This document shows, piece after piece, positions 1-9,303 of a stretch of 64,000 bases of DNA. Made by a program: the position numbers and the translations under genes. The number at the start of each line of letters is the position of its first letter. Position 1 is the first letter of the stretch. The stretch covers positions 1 through 64,000 of the IMG/VR virus record IMGVR_UViG_3300037041_001083, one strand, 5' to 3'. Under the pieces are notes generated by a model, which saw only the letters and a program-made list of their open reading frames with translations, was not told where the DNA came from and searched no databases. Source of the stretch: a virus.

Positions 1-258
1 TTTCATAACGAATCGCTGCTGCAAACGACGGCAAAGTATCTTTGCCTGACACCTTGCATCAACCGTGGAACCATCACCACCCACCCATTTAGCGGTGCAA
101 ATTGCGACTCTTTCACCGTCCTTCACACAAAAACCTGCTATTTCCACCCGCCTAACAATCCTGCCTCGTTTAATTAATTCCCAAGTCTGTCCTTTCATCA
201 CACGTTGGATGAGGCTTACTGGCTGTGGTTTATCGGTGATACTTTTGGGTCTACTCAT
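1..258 (-). CDS. Hypothetical protein, truncated by the window edge
   Basis: ATG at 258 preceded by AGGAG; frame open to position 1 (MSRPKSITDKPQ...); not in the ORF track. Confidence 0.6.
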   Translation of the reverse strand, partial: MSRPKSITDKPQPVSLIQRVMKGQTWELIKRGRIVRRVEIAGFCVKDGERVAICTAKWVGGDGSTVDARCQAKILCRRLQQRFVMK

Positions 259-303
259 ATTAATTCTCCTAACATATCGTGCATTATTGTATACAACTCA
301 TCA

Positions 304-873
304 TCAAAAAGGGCAATCGTCCTCAAAGTTTTGTGGTGGTTGATTCTGTGGAGCTGGAGCTGCGGCCTGTTGTGGTGGCCGTGATTGAGCGTATCCACCC
401 TGTTGTGGTGGTCTTGACTGTTGATAGCCTCCTTGCGCTTTAGGAGCTTGCTGTTGCGTCCTTGGAGCTTGGTTGGCTGGTTCATAATGAGGCTCAGTCT
501 TAGGTGCTCCTTGGCCTTGCGCTGGTGCTTGTGTGGCTCCACCTGTAGCTGAACCGAGGAACACCATATCCTTGACTATGAACTCTGTGGTGTAATGCTT
601 TGTTCCATCCTGTTCCCAGCTACGAGTTTGCATTTCAGTTTCAACATAAAGCTGAGTGCCTTTCTTGCAATATTGCATGATTAGTTCAGCCTTTTTTTCC
701 CAAGCTATGCACCTAACGAACTCAGCCTTCTGTTGCTTTTGCCCGTTTGCATCCGTCCATGTTTTATTTACTCCCAAGCTAAATGAGCAAGTTTGCTTAC
801 CAGCCTGAGTCATGCGCCCTTCTGCATCCGCTGTCATATTGCCAATAAACTCACACTTATTTAATCCAGCCAT
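304..873 (-). CDS. ssb: Single-stranded DNA-binding protein
   Basis: OB-fold motifs (LNKCEFIGN, FSLGVNKTW, QTRSWEQDG, YTTEFIV), Q/P-rich linker, acidic tail EDDCPF; AAGGAG RBS. Confidence 0.97.
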   Translation of the reverse strand: MAGLNKCEFIGNMTADAEGRMTQAGKQTCSFSLGVNKTWTDANGQKQQKAEFVRCIAWEKKAELIMQYCKKGTQLYVETEMQTRSWEQDGTKHYTTEFIVKDMVFLGSATGGATQAPAQGQGAPKTEPHYEPANQAPRTQQQAPKAQGGYQQSRPPQQGGYAQSRPPQQAAAPAPQNQPPQNFEDDCPF

Positions 874-993
874 AAATTACTCCTTTTGTAATATGGTTTT
901 CTCACTATATTTTGCTGATCCAATAACCAAGTAACATTGCAACAGCACTCAAATAAATCACTACACAAACAAATTTAATTATCATTGACAAAG

Positions 994-1359
994 TTAGCAT
1001 GGGTTCTCCGGTGTATTTCCTTGCATGTTTGGCACTAAATTAGGATCACTTCCGTCATCATTTGGGTACGTTGAAGTAAATTGCATCTGGCTTGTGTAGT
1101 CGAATATCCTGTTGGCAATCATGAACACATTATCGACATCTCTGGCTGTATCATTTGTTTGTAGGCCATTTGCGATGATGATGCTTGCACCCATACCAAC
1201 ACATTGCTGGTATTTGAGGGCAAGTAGTCTAAGTGGTTCAGGAGTAAGTGCCAGCATGTCAACCAAATCCTGTTTGGTTGCGCTGAGGAGTTTTCCGAAC
1301 TCTGGAGCCGGGGGATTTGCTTTGTTAGCCATTATTAAGCTCGCTATATTTTTCAGCAA
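994..1359 (-). CDS. Hypothetical protein
   Basis: ORF in tightly packed operon; likely start at ATG 1332 (MANKANP). Confidence 0.6.
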   Translation of the reverse strand: MLKNIASLIMANKANPPAPEFGKLLSATKQDLVDMLALTPEPLRLLALKYQQCVGMGASIIIANGLQTNDTARDVDNVFMIANRIFDYTSQMQFTSTYPNDDGSDPNLVPNMQGNTPENPC

Positions 1360-1627
1360 CCTTATCAGTTAAGCTTTTTCTCATGTAAACGTACATATCA
1401 ATCGCTGCTTCAACGTCAGCGACATCAGCACCACTTTTGATAAAAGCTACAACGCTTTCTTCTTCCTTGAACAGTTGCTTGTACAAGTCGGGGAAATATT
1501 GCTTTGCGACCACATCCCAAGGTGTTTTTTGACCACCGAGCATCTGGATGTGATATTCACGGATGCGCTTGCACATGTCATCGTATAACTCAATGATCCT
1601 AGCTTTTCGTTTGTCGTCGTACATTAT
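1325..1627 (-). CDS. Hypothetical protein
   Basis: AGGAG RBS before ATG at 1627 (MYDDKRK); stop overlaps the next gene's start. Confidence 0.65.
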   Translation of the reverse strand: MMYDDKRKARIIELYDDMCKRIREYHIQMLGGQKTPWDVVAKQYFPDLYKQLFKEEESVVAFIKSGADVADVEAAIDMYVYMRKSLTDKVAEKYSELNNG

Positions 1628-1673
1628 GTCGTTCTCCTGTCGTATTGGAATGAAAGTATCATTGAAGTTGTGC

Positions 1674-1847
1674 CTAAGCAAGTTCTACGTCGATTATTTT
1701 GTCGTCCTCAAGTTGCGTTGGAGGTAGCGAGGTAAGTATATCCTTTAAAATTTTGATAGCATTGAAAATATGCTGGTCTATATCACCAACTGTTCCACAC
1801 TGAGCTGTCCTTAATTCCACTATCGCTTGAGTTATTGCTGTTTTCAT
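1674..1847 (-). CDS. Small hypothetical protein (57 aa)
   Basis: Read manually: MKTAITQAIVELRTAQ...DVELA*, AGGAG RBS; fills the operon gap. Confidence 0.55.
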   Translation of the reverse strand: MKTAITQAIVELRTAQCGTVGDIDQHIFNAIKILKDILTSLPPTQLEDDKIIDVELA

Positions 1848-1881
1848 CGTCGTTCTCCTAAAGTTGTTTAATCATTACCGC

Positions 1882-2361
1882 CTATTTAATCATTCCAGCC
1901 TTTTGACGAGCACCAAACTCGTTATAGTAATACATTATCTCTTCAAAGCTAAACACCTCCTCCCAGTTGCATAATGGTACAAATATGTATCGCTGGTGTG
2001 ACGCTTGAACATTCCTCTCATCGTCCAGCATGTATCCTCGAAGCTTCACTGAATCAATCGTACAACAAAATCTCCTCGTTCTCGTTTGCATATCAACTTC
2101 AATACACACCACTTTAATCGTCGGTACTGCTCCCAATATTTCACTCGGTATCGACAATGTAAAACTATCCTTCTGTGTCGAAAATATCCTTTTTTGAAGG
2201 AATAATATTTCACGATCAATATTAAAACTGCCAATATAAATCGCCCTGTTTTCAGGCTGGCGTATCAATCTAATCAAATTCGTTTTCTCTATCCTGAAAT
2301 GTGACTCGCCATAGCTGGCTGGTACAATCATATCCTGCATAAAATGCTCCTTACTTTTCAT
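1882..2361 (-). CDS. Hypothetical protein
   Basis: 159-aa ORF with ATGA overlap to the primase-helicase. Confidence 0.7.
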   Translation of the reverse strand: MKSKEHFMQDMIVPASYGESHFRIEKTNLIRLIRQPENRAIYIGSFNIDREILFLQKRIFSTQKDSFTLSIPSEILGAVPTIKVVCIEVDMQTRTRRFCCTIDSVKLRGYMLDDERNVQASHQRYIFVPLCNWEEVFSFEEIMYYYNEFGARQKAGMIK

Positions 2362-4172
2362 TTTCTTGTGTTGAATAAACTTTTTGTTTCATTCATCGTT
2401 TTTATGCGTTCCATATGGCCTACATCAACCTCAATAGCTGTTTCTGTCTCTTTATCAAATCTATAATGCACACACTTACGCTTATTCATCCCTGCACCAC
2501 TTACAAACGCTCCCATCTTGCGGTTTTTACGCACTGTAAACTTCATATAATCACCACTTGGGTCGATGACGTAGATATTATCCGCATCTTGTGATAACTT
2601 CACCGAACCAAACAAATCATTTTCAGTCATTTCCTTACCAACGTCATACTTTTTCGGATGAGCGAGTAATGTTACTGCCACATGCTTATCTCGCTTAAAA
2701 TCACGCAATAAATCAATCACTTTATTTTGAATATCGAACTTCTCATTACCCATAATGCTACCGATCATGAACTGTAAATTGTCGATGATGATGTGACGGA
2801 CATCGAAAACTTCAACTGCATAATCCATAGCGTCGATCACGTCTTCCATTTTTGTAGCTGAGTGGAATTTCATAAACCAAAGCGGTAGCTGTTCGAGTTT
2901 ATCAAAGGTTTTATCGAAGTCTGATTGATCCTTGGTGAAGTTTTTTTTGCCAACTTGGTTGAGCATTTTTGATATTAGGTCTTCGTTTGGAATTTCAAAG
3001 GAACCCCATAGGGTGGCAACGCCTTGCTTGGCTAAGTCCATGCTCTGTTGTGAAATCAAAGTTGTTTTTCCAGATCCGGTTGGACCGGAAATGACGTTGA
3101 GTTCGCCCATGCGTAGTCCACCGATATGTTTTGTGAACTCTGGCATTGAGGTGATGGGTACACCGAGGTATGCGTTTTTGTCGGTTAGGTTGGCAAGGAT
3201 GATTTCTTTGTAGCTTGATGCAGTTACGATAGCATCGTGCTCGAACTGGGTGTCAGCGAGGAGGAAATTAGCCAAATCGTGGCCAGCCATTAAAGCATCG
3301 TTTGCGTCTTTGATATTTTCGCCTAATTGATGCCAGTCAATGTAGGTGCATTTTTTGATACCGAGTTTTTCAGCGAGTCTAGTTCTGCAATCGAGTCCTG
3401 CTGCATCGGAGTCAACGGCGATGATTACCCGTTTGAATTTCTGGAGGTAAGCGATTGTTGGGGCTGGGAAGGAACGTGAGCCGTTTGGGAGTGACACGAC
3501 TGGGAAGCCAGTTTCTTGGAAAATAGTCATAGCGTCAATTTCGCCTTCGGTGACAAAAACTTCCTCAACGGTATCGGGCACGAGGTGGCATCCAAATGGG
3601 ATGAGTTCTGCTCCTGCTGGTTCGATACGCATGTTGTGTTTTTTTTCAAGTGATCGTTGTTTAACGAATGAACATTCGGTGTCACTGAGCATGAATGGAA
3701 AGCTCATTGATTTCTCTATACGCCATGAGGCATCGTCCTGCTGATAGTTTGTATCAGCTTGGCCGATTTTGTATTGGAGCATTGTAGTAGTTTTAATCTT
3801 TCTGCTGGTTAAACAATCCCTGACATCGGAGTTAAAAGGCAAGGCATCGGTAAATTCTTGGAACACAGTATTTCGAGCATATTTCCTTGTTTTGATTGCA
3901 CCAATGGAAACGTTATTATCTCCGTAGTATGCTTTGAGGTCGTACCATGATCCTTGCCAGTTACAGCGATGGCATTTAAAAGCACCGCCATCCTTAGCGA
4001 TGTACAGTCTGTATTGGTTTGGTCGTTGGTCAGCGTGTTGAGTTGTTGCGTGGCAGTTAGGGCAATCCTTGCACTCTAGCTGATTGAATTTATCATTGAA
4101 CACTATGTTTTTACTGCGTAGGTAGGCAGTAATTTCGGGTAGTTCAATTTTTCTGAAAGGTTTTGCGGTCAT
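2358..4172 (-). CDS. Twinkle/T7 gp4-like primase-helicase
   Basis: Zn finger (CPNC...CHRC), TOPRIM (TEGEIDAM, AVDSDAAG, KDANDAL), SF4 helicase (GPTGSGKT, IIIDNLQFM, AHPKK, SQDADN, KNR). Confidence 0.95.
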   Translation of the reverse strand: MTAKPFRKIELPEITAYLRSKNIVFNDKFNQLECKDCPNCHATTQHADQRPNQYRLYIAKDGGAFKCHRCNWQGSWYDLKAYYGDNNVSIGAIKTRKYARNTVFQEFTDALPFNSDVRDCLTSRKIKTTTMLQYKIGQADTNYQQDDASWRIEKSMSFPFMLSDTECSFVKQRSLEKKHNMRIEPAGAELIPFGCHLVPDTVEEVFVTEGEIDAMTIFQETGFPVVSLPNGSRSFPAPTIAYLQKFKRVIIAVDSDAAGLDCRTRLAEKLGIKKCTYIDWHQLGENIKDANDALMAGHDLANFLLADTQFEHDAIVTASSYKEIILANLTDKNAYLGVPITSMPEFTKHIGGLRMGELNVISGPTGSGKTTLISQQSMDLAKQGVATLWGSFEIPNEDLISKMLNQVGKKNFTKDQSDFDKTFDKLEQLPLWFMKFHSATKMEDVIDAMDYAVEVFDVRHIIIDNLQFMIGSIMGNEKFDIQNKVIDLLRDFKRDKHVAVTLLAHPKKYDVGKEMTENDLFGSVKLSQDADNIYVIDPSGDYMKFTVRKNRKMGAFVSGAGMNKRKCVHYRFDKETETAIEVDVGHMERIKTMNETKSLFNTRK

Positions 4173-4216
4173 AAAATATTCCTTCGTTCACTGATCGTTC
4201 GCTGGTAACATGTGAG

Positions 4217-5941
4217 TTAAATAATATTCAACTCGATTTTTAGTTCTTGTATCATTTGCTTAGTGGAATCAATATCCTCGAACACAGGGCCGATGTCAAT
4301 CGGGTTGTTGGTATTTTTCGCATCGAAATCAACGAGTATGCTTCTGTAGTGTTTCGGACACGACAAAATGCTATCCATAGTGGGTACATGCCAGTTCATT
4401 GCTTTTTGATTACCCAGTTTTCTCATTTCAACGAATTTAAGTTGGCAAAAATATAGTATTCTAGCGAAATATTTAGCATTTTGCATAAGGGTTATTTTAG
4501 GATTTAGTTGTCGTTGGATGAGTTTGCAGGTTTTTATCCATTCATTCTGTGGAGGTTTTACATATGGGAATCCTTCAATTCCTTCGCATAAAATGTGTCC
4601 AAAGTCGATGAGGAGTCCAAACACTTCGAGTTGTTCTTTGGTGAGTTTAGGAGTCCTTGCTGGTTTGGTAACGGGTTCAGGTTCAACGGTAACAGGCTGG
4701 GGAGTTTCGACGATAGGAGCAGGTTCTTCGATAACAGGTTCAGGGTTTGCAGCGAGGTATGCTTGCCTGTTGGCTATGAGTTTTGCTTTTAGGTCATCCC
4801 TGAATTTATTTGGCTGGCGGCTGTACTCATACATTCGGTCTGCTTCGTTTGGCGACCATGTTTGCTCGTTCCATCCGTAGTGAAGTTTGATGAGTAGTTC
4901 AATGTGCTGGTTATTGAGTAAGTCCTTAGTCTCATTGTCCATGTCATTGTTATTATCAAGGTCGTTTTCATCCATATAGCTAATTGCTTCGTTCAGGATT
5001 GCTCTCTCAGCCTTGATGTCATCGTACTTCCGTTTGTCCAGCCTTCCATCGGGTAGGAGCTTCTGAGTGAATTTGGATTTAGCCTCAGCCAGTCGGCGAA
5101 CCCGGATTTGTTCGTAAGTCTCGGTTGGTTGAATCACAGTATCCAGCAAAACGGGCGAAGCCTCTGTGATCGAGGAGCTGTGCGACTCGACCGAATCCTG
5201 AGTGTGCGAAGGATCGGAATCCGAAGTGTTGGAGGCTGGTGAAATTTCGGGAGTGAGTATTTTACTTTTTTTTATTTCCTTTTTATTTTTACTTATTTCA
5301 TACTTATTTGTAATGGTCGTCCCTATAGGGCAGTTAGTGGTGTCGCATAGGACACCATCTGTGTCGCATAGGGCAGGATATTGTGCCGTATGGGGCACCA
5401 TCTGTGCCGTATGGGGCATATGAGCAAGTGCCGCAGGAGGCAGTTTATCGTCATTTACTATGCCCTCTATGGCAGGGTCATCTGCCCTATGGGACACTTT
5501 CTCATTGGCATGGATATCTGCCCTATGGGGCATATGAGCTGTTTCATCACCCTCATTTTCGTCCTCATCCTCCCCAGCTCTTAGTAGTACCTCGTTATCA
5601 AAATGCTCCTCCTCATTCGCAATGGCATACCACAAGGTTCTGTCCTTGTTTAATTTGTTATATTTGTTTTTCAGGATCGTTCCGCTTTGCACCAAATTTT
5701 CGAGGGCAATACGCACCTGCTTTTCGCTCAGTATTAGGTCTTCTGAAAACCTACGGTATGAGTGCCACATCCAAGTATGTTTGTTGCGCCTCTGCTTCCC
5801 TGCGTTCATATTACCAGTAACCCACATGCGGATAGTGTTCAGGATAATAGCCTCGTGAATACCGTGTTTTTTGGCATCTCTTCGGTAGTAACCTATAAAT
5901 CCATATTCAGGGTCGGATTTTGCTTTATCCTTATTCTTCAT
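4217..5941 (-). CDS. Phage replication initiator (lambda O-like organisation, N-terminal wHTH)
   Basis: N-terminal HTH (EAIILN..W; WMWHSY..FSEDL.LSEKQVRIALENL; DRTLWY), internal iteron cluster, directly upstream of the helicase. Confidence 0.8.
   Translation of the reverse strand: MKNKDKAKSDPEYGFIGYYRRDAKKHGIHEAIILNTIRMWVTGNMNAGKQRRNKHTWMWHSYRRFSEDLILSEKQVRIALENLVQSGTILKNKYNKLNKDRTLWYAIANEEEHFDNEVLLRAGEDEDENEGDETAHMPHRADIHANEKVSHRADDPAIEGIVNDDKLPPAALAHMPHTAQMVPHTAQYPALCDTDGVLCDTTNCPIGTTITNKYEISKNKKEIKKSKILTPEISPASNTSDSDPSHTQDSVESHSSSITEASPVLLDTVIQPTETYEQIRVRRLAEAKSKFTQKLLPDGRLDKRKYDDIKAERAILNEAISYMDENDLDNNNDMDNETKDLLNNQHIELLIKLHYGWNEQTWSPNEADRMYEYSRQPNKFRDDLKAKLIANRQAYLAANPEPVIEEPAPIVETPQPVTVEPEPVTKPARTPKLTKEQLEVFGLLIDFGHILCEGIEGFPYVKPPQNEWIKTCKLIQRQLNPKITLMQNAKYFARILYFCQLKFVEMRKLGNQKAMNWHVPTMDSILSCPKHYRSILVDFDAKNTNNPIDIGPVFEDIDSTKQMIQELKIELNII
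5259..5536. repeat. Putative replication origin: about 9 quasi-palindromic iterons (TGYC-N6-GRCA) next to an AT-rich tract
   Basis: Copies near 5319, 5340, 5361, 5383, 5404, 5428, 5461, 5483 and 5519, many spaced 21-22 bp; T-rich stretch 5259-5312. Confidence 0.85.
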
Positions 5942-6247
5942 CTATTTCCTACTCCCAAATAAACTTTTTGTTTCAGCCATCGTTTTGGTTATTTGTTTAG
6001 GAGCAGCAAGTCTTATTTGAAAATCAACTAAACCTAATTCGTTCAATTCTGTCACAACATTAGTAAAAAATATTATTTGTTCTCCATGACTAAAACTTGG
6101 AAAACAATGATTCATTATATTATCCGATGAAGGCCAAGGATCAGGCTGTTCTTTTTCCAATTTCGCTAGATGGATATACAAAACTTTTGCTTGCCAACTT
6201 ACACTAGGACTATCAATTATACTGGATATGCTTAACATAATATTCAT
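5942..6247 (-). CDS. Small winged-HTH-like protein
   Basis: VSWQAKVLYIHLAKL...ELNELGLV; paralogous to the neighbouring gene. Confidence 0.6.
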   Translation of the reverse strand: MNIMLSISSIIDSPSVSWQAKVLYIHLAKLEKEQPDPWPSSDNIMNHCFPSFSHGEQIIFFTNVVTELNELGLVDFQIRLAAPKQITKTMAETKSLFGSRK

Positions 6248-6540
6248 TCTCCTAACTTGATTATTGTGAATGTCGATACCTGACCGAAATACTTACTGGT
6301 CGTAATTAAACCAGCTATTTCCAACTCCTTCATGGCTCTCATTGCGGTATTCCTTCGACTATCCTTGTGCTTTAAATAGTTGTAACAATGGTCGCCAGCC
6401 TTTTGCTGGGAGCCGTAAACATTAACCCCTTGCGCCGCTAGTCTGGCAAGGTGGATGTACAACCTGAACGCTTCAATACTCAATGGCATTGATTCAATTT
6501 GAATAGGTATTACAAAGTTGGCGCAACTATCTTTGCTCAT
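6244..6540 (-). CDS. Small winged-HTH DNA-binding protein
   Basis: LSIEAFRLYIHLARL...SRRNTAMRAMKELEIAGLI. Confidence 0.7.
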   Translation of the reverse strand: MSKDSCANFVIPIQIESMPLSIEAFRLYIHLARLAAQGVNVYGSQQKAGDHCYNYLKHKDSRRNTAMRAMKELEIAGLITTSKYFGQVSTFTIIKLGE

Positions 6541-6579
6541 AACTGGTTCCCCTGACGTAAAAATTATTATTGAAATAAT

Positions 6580-6609
6580 GGTATATCAGGAGCACCGAGG
6601 GATTGTCAA
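6580..6609 (-). promoter_or_regulatory. Sigma70-like promoter for the replication operon
   Basis: TTGACA-N18-TATACC upstream of the 6540 start. Confidence 0.5.
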
Positions 6610-6623
6610 GTCGCTGTGTTCGA

Positions 6624-6929
6624 TTATTTTCTTGAGGCGAGTTTAGCTTGGAGCTTGAGGATTTTTTGCTTGAACATCCAGTTGGAGTCCAAACGTATGT
6701 CTGCATTAAATTCATCCATGCACTCAAGCTGTAGGAGCATGATTTTGACATCGGCTATTTCAGCCGCTACGTCGCAAGCTGGAACCTTCCAGTCTAAGTA
6801 GTGGGTGAGCGCAAGGGCAAGCTCAAGGCACTCCTCAATCGCCTTCCTAAGCTGGCACTCTCGGCCAAAGGTGTCGATGGCTTGCTTGGCTATTTCCTTG
6901 AACTCAGGGCTGGGTGTGAAGTTTTGCAT
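6624..6929 (-). CDS. MazG-like NTP pyrophosphohydrolase domain protein
   Basis: AIDTFG..Q..KAIEECLEL...AEIADVKIML pattern. Confidence 0.8.
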   Translation of the reverse strand: MQNFTPSPEFKEIAKQAIDTFGRECQLRKAIEECLELALALTHYLDWKVPACDVAAEIADVKIMLLQLECMDEFNADIRLDSNWMFKQKILKLQAKLASRK

Positions 6930-7042
6930 AAGGCTCCTTCTGTGGTAAATTCAAGCTGGTGAAATGAGTCCGACTATATGCCCGTTCCTTGATAGGTTCG
7001 GGTTTTTTGTTGCCTATTCAACGTCTATAATCTGACCTTGTT

Positions 7043-7246
7043 CTACAAAACCACGGAATCCACAGATACATCCATCGTGATGATATTTTTCGCTTTTGTT
7101 GGCTTATTTTTTTTAGGTTCAACCTTTTCTTTTTTCTTTTTCCTACACCTATCTGAAAAATCCAAATCCATACCGCTCATCATTACACTTGATGCTAACA
7201 AACTCATGGCAAGCATTCTTGCTCGTCTACCGTTGTCGCTCATCAC
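7043..7246 (-). CDS. Small basic hypothetical protein
   Basis: ORF overlapping the upstream stop; GGAG RBS. Confidence 0.5.
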   Translation of the reverse strand: MMSDNGRRARMLAMSLLASSVMMSGMDLDFSDRCRKKKKEKVEPKKNKPTKAKNIITMDVSVDSVVL

Positions 7247-7677
7247 ACTCTCCCCTTAAATTCTTTGCGTGTTTTGCCATCCAAAAAGTTAGGCGGAAAG
7301 CCTACCAAGTCAGGCATGACCTGATGACCCCCAACCCACTCTGACGCTTGCTTGAGCTTGATTTCAACCTCCTGTACTCCTCGTGCCAATAACGCAACAC
7401 CACCTGCTTGCCAAAAATTGTAAAGGAACAGGAGTTGTTCTGGTGACGCTCGACCTGTCGCTGACTTCACCTCAATAGCCAGTGGGCGACCTCGAAATAT
7501 TCCCATGATGTCTGACACGCCCTTGATGTGATACTTGTTGCTCGGCCTTCGATAAACTCCCTTCTGCTGGTCGAATATCCCGACTGACTGGTTTTTCCAC
7601 GCAAATGAATCAGCTCGATAACTCAGGTATTCGAGGATTGCGTTTTCAATCTCTTTCTCAGTTTGGTGTGGTATCAT
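7243..7677 (-). CDS. VRR-NUC domain nuclease (Holliday junction resolvase-like)
   Basis: TEKEIENAI, GVSDIMG, AIEVKS..G..SPEQ PD-(D/E)xK motifs. Confidence 0.9.
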   Translation of the reverse strand: MIPHQTEKEIENAILEYLSYRADSFAWKNQSVGIFDQQKGVYRRPSNKYHIKGVSDIMGIFRGRPLAIEVKSATGRASPEQLLFLYNFWQAGGVALLARGVQEVEIKLKQASEWVGGHQVMPDLVGFPPNFLDGKTRKEFKGRV

Positions 7678-7978
7678 TTTTACTCATCCTCATCATGGAT
7701 TTTACAAATAACCTAGCCTGTGCATTTATTATATCTTGCTTAAACTTTTTATATTTACCACGAAGGTTTTTGTTTATTTTTTCAGCCTTGTTCATTTGTA
7801 GGTACATTTTTATCAGACTATAAAGGATACTTTGCTGGTGATTAAGGGCTTTTGCTCGATATAATGATTGTCTGGTGATTCCAAGTACCTCGGCCAGCTT
7901 TGACATATTACCTGCCCACAAAACTGCCTCATCAATAGCGTCCGAAATATTATCCGCTTCTTTCATATATAACTCCAT
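7658..7978 (-). CDS. Cro-like HTH protein
   Basis: AGNMSKLAEVLGITRQSLYR helix-turn-helix. Confidence 0.75.
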   Translation of the reverse strand: MELYMKEADNISDAIDEAVLWAGNMSKLAEVLGITRQSLYRAKALNHQQSILYSLIKMYLQMNKAEKINKNLRGKYKKFKQDIINAQARLFVKSMMRMSKNDTTPN

Positions 7979-8009
7979 GTGCTGTGTAACTATTTTTTAC
8001 ACTCGCACA
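7978..8009. promoter_or_regulatory. Inverted repeat upstream of the HTH gene (possible operator)
   Basis: TGTGC-TGTGTAA-ctatttt-TTACAC-TC-GCACA. Confidence 0.4.
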
Positions 8010-8025
8010 ATAGCATATTTTGAAG

Positions 8026-9303
8026 TTATGGCAATATTTCAGCGTCGATAATTTCCGCCATCATCGCATCCTGAAACCCGTCATCCAGAACCGAACGAAT
8101 TTGCTTGATGCGGTTAATTTCATCGTTCAACTGTTCAGGCGACAAGCTGGAAAGCTGATTGGCATACTGCTTGATGAACAGAGAGTTGCTTTGATCCATG
8201 TTCCCGAACTGGTTTATCTGGATGTTAATATCCTTGTTGCCATCAGTCATGCGGCGCATTACCTCGGCCAATCCTGCCAGTGCTCCAACATCGGGAACCA
8301 TAGCCAGCGTCCTCGTTTTGCCTGTTGTTGGGTCTTTCTCAACCGACGTTACCTGTCCGGTGGTGTAATACTGGGTGACTGCTCGACTGTGAAGTTTCAT
8401 CGCTTGGAAAATCATTTTCTGAGCTTCAAGGTTTCGCACTGTCGTGACCATTTTAATTTCATCGTCAATATAATCCCAGCGTCGATGAATACTTGACTTG
8501 CGCTCCGACTTCCAATCCTCCTCCAATGCCACCTTGCGAACATCAGACTCCGTAATCCCCATTAAAGGATTGCCAGCCTTGTCGATAATCCCAAACTCTC
8601 GCATCACACCATCAATGGTAGGTGAGTCGGATATTGGCGCACTAATAAACCTGTCACGAACCTTTGCTATTTTTTGATCTCTCTCGCTTAATATACTTGG
8701 ATCACGAACAACTAAATCGCTAGTTACCGAATGACTACCTACTTTTGTCGTTATCAAATTATCTAACGCTCTGGCCTTAGCTTGTGCTGTTGTGATGTCA
8801 ACATGTTTTGTGACTGTTTTATCACCTACAGTCAAATTAAAGGTCAAATTAGATGCTCGTTCCTTTTCTCTCACAATCAATGCTTCATAATAAACACGAG
8901 TTGAATTGCTACAATCAGGGTATATTTCCAAATAAAGCTGGCCGATGTTCGCCATCCCTGCGTTTTTGCGTAACCATAAAGCCTTGCGCTTTAATGACAT
9001 TGCCATTTCAGAAAGCGATATTATCCTGTCCTTTTGCTCAGGCTTTTTAAACCAACTCTTCAAATCCATCAGGGCTGCTTGCTGGCGAATGTACCAAAGT
9101 TTTTTGTTCATATCGTCCATTTGTTGCTTGTTGCGGTGCTTGCCTTCCCTTACCTCTCCTTTTTTCGGCCTACCATTGGGATTGCCTGTGGGCTTTGAAC
9201 CACCCTTGTTTTTGGCCTTGGCTTTAACTTTTTCTTTTTTTGTCATAATCTTCATTCTCCTATCGTTAATCATTGTAAGGGAGTCAGTTTGTGAATTTAC
9301 CAA
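8026..9303 (-). CDS. Terminase small subunit-like protein (unusually long)
   Basis: N-terminal GNPNGRPKK motif typical of TerS, helical C-terminus; follows the ParB gene; true start probably near 9246-9255. Confidence 0.4.
   Translation of the reverse strand: MVNSQTDSLTMINDRRMKIMTKKEKVKAKAKNKGGSKPTGNPNGRPKKGEVREGKHRNKQQMDDMNKKLWYIRQQAALMDLKSWFKKPEQKDRIISLSEMAMSLKRKALWLRKNAGMANIGQLYLEIYPDCSNSTRVYYEALIVREKERASNLTFNLTVGDKTVTKHVDITTAQAKARALDNLITTKVGSHSVTSDLVVRDPSILSERDQKIAKVRDRFISAPISDSPTIDGVMREFGIIDKAGNPLMGITESDVRKVALEEDWKSERKSSIHRRWDYIDDEIKMVTTVRNLEAQKMIFQAMKLHSRAVTQYYTTGQVTSVEKDPTTGKTRTLAMVPDVGALAGLAEVMRRMTDGNKDINIQINQFGNMDQSNSLFIKQYANQLSSLSPEQLNDEINRIKQIRSVLDDGFQDAMMAEIIDAEILP

Noticed and set aside
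5319-5536. Iteron cluster as a CRISPR array
   Set aside because: Units are about 14 bp with 21-bp spacing inside a coding gene and have no spacer-sized unique segments
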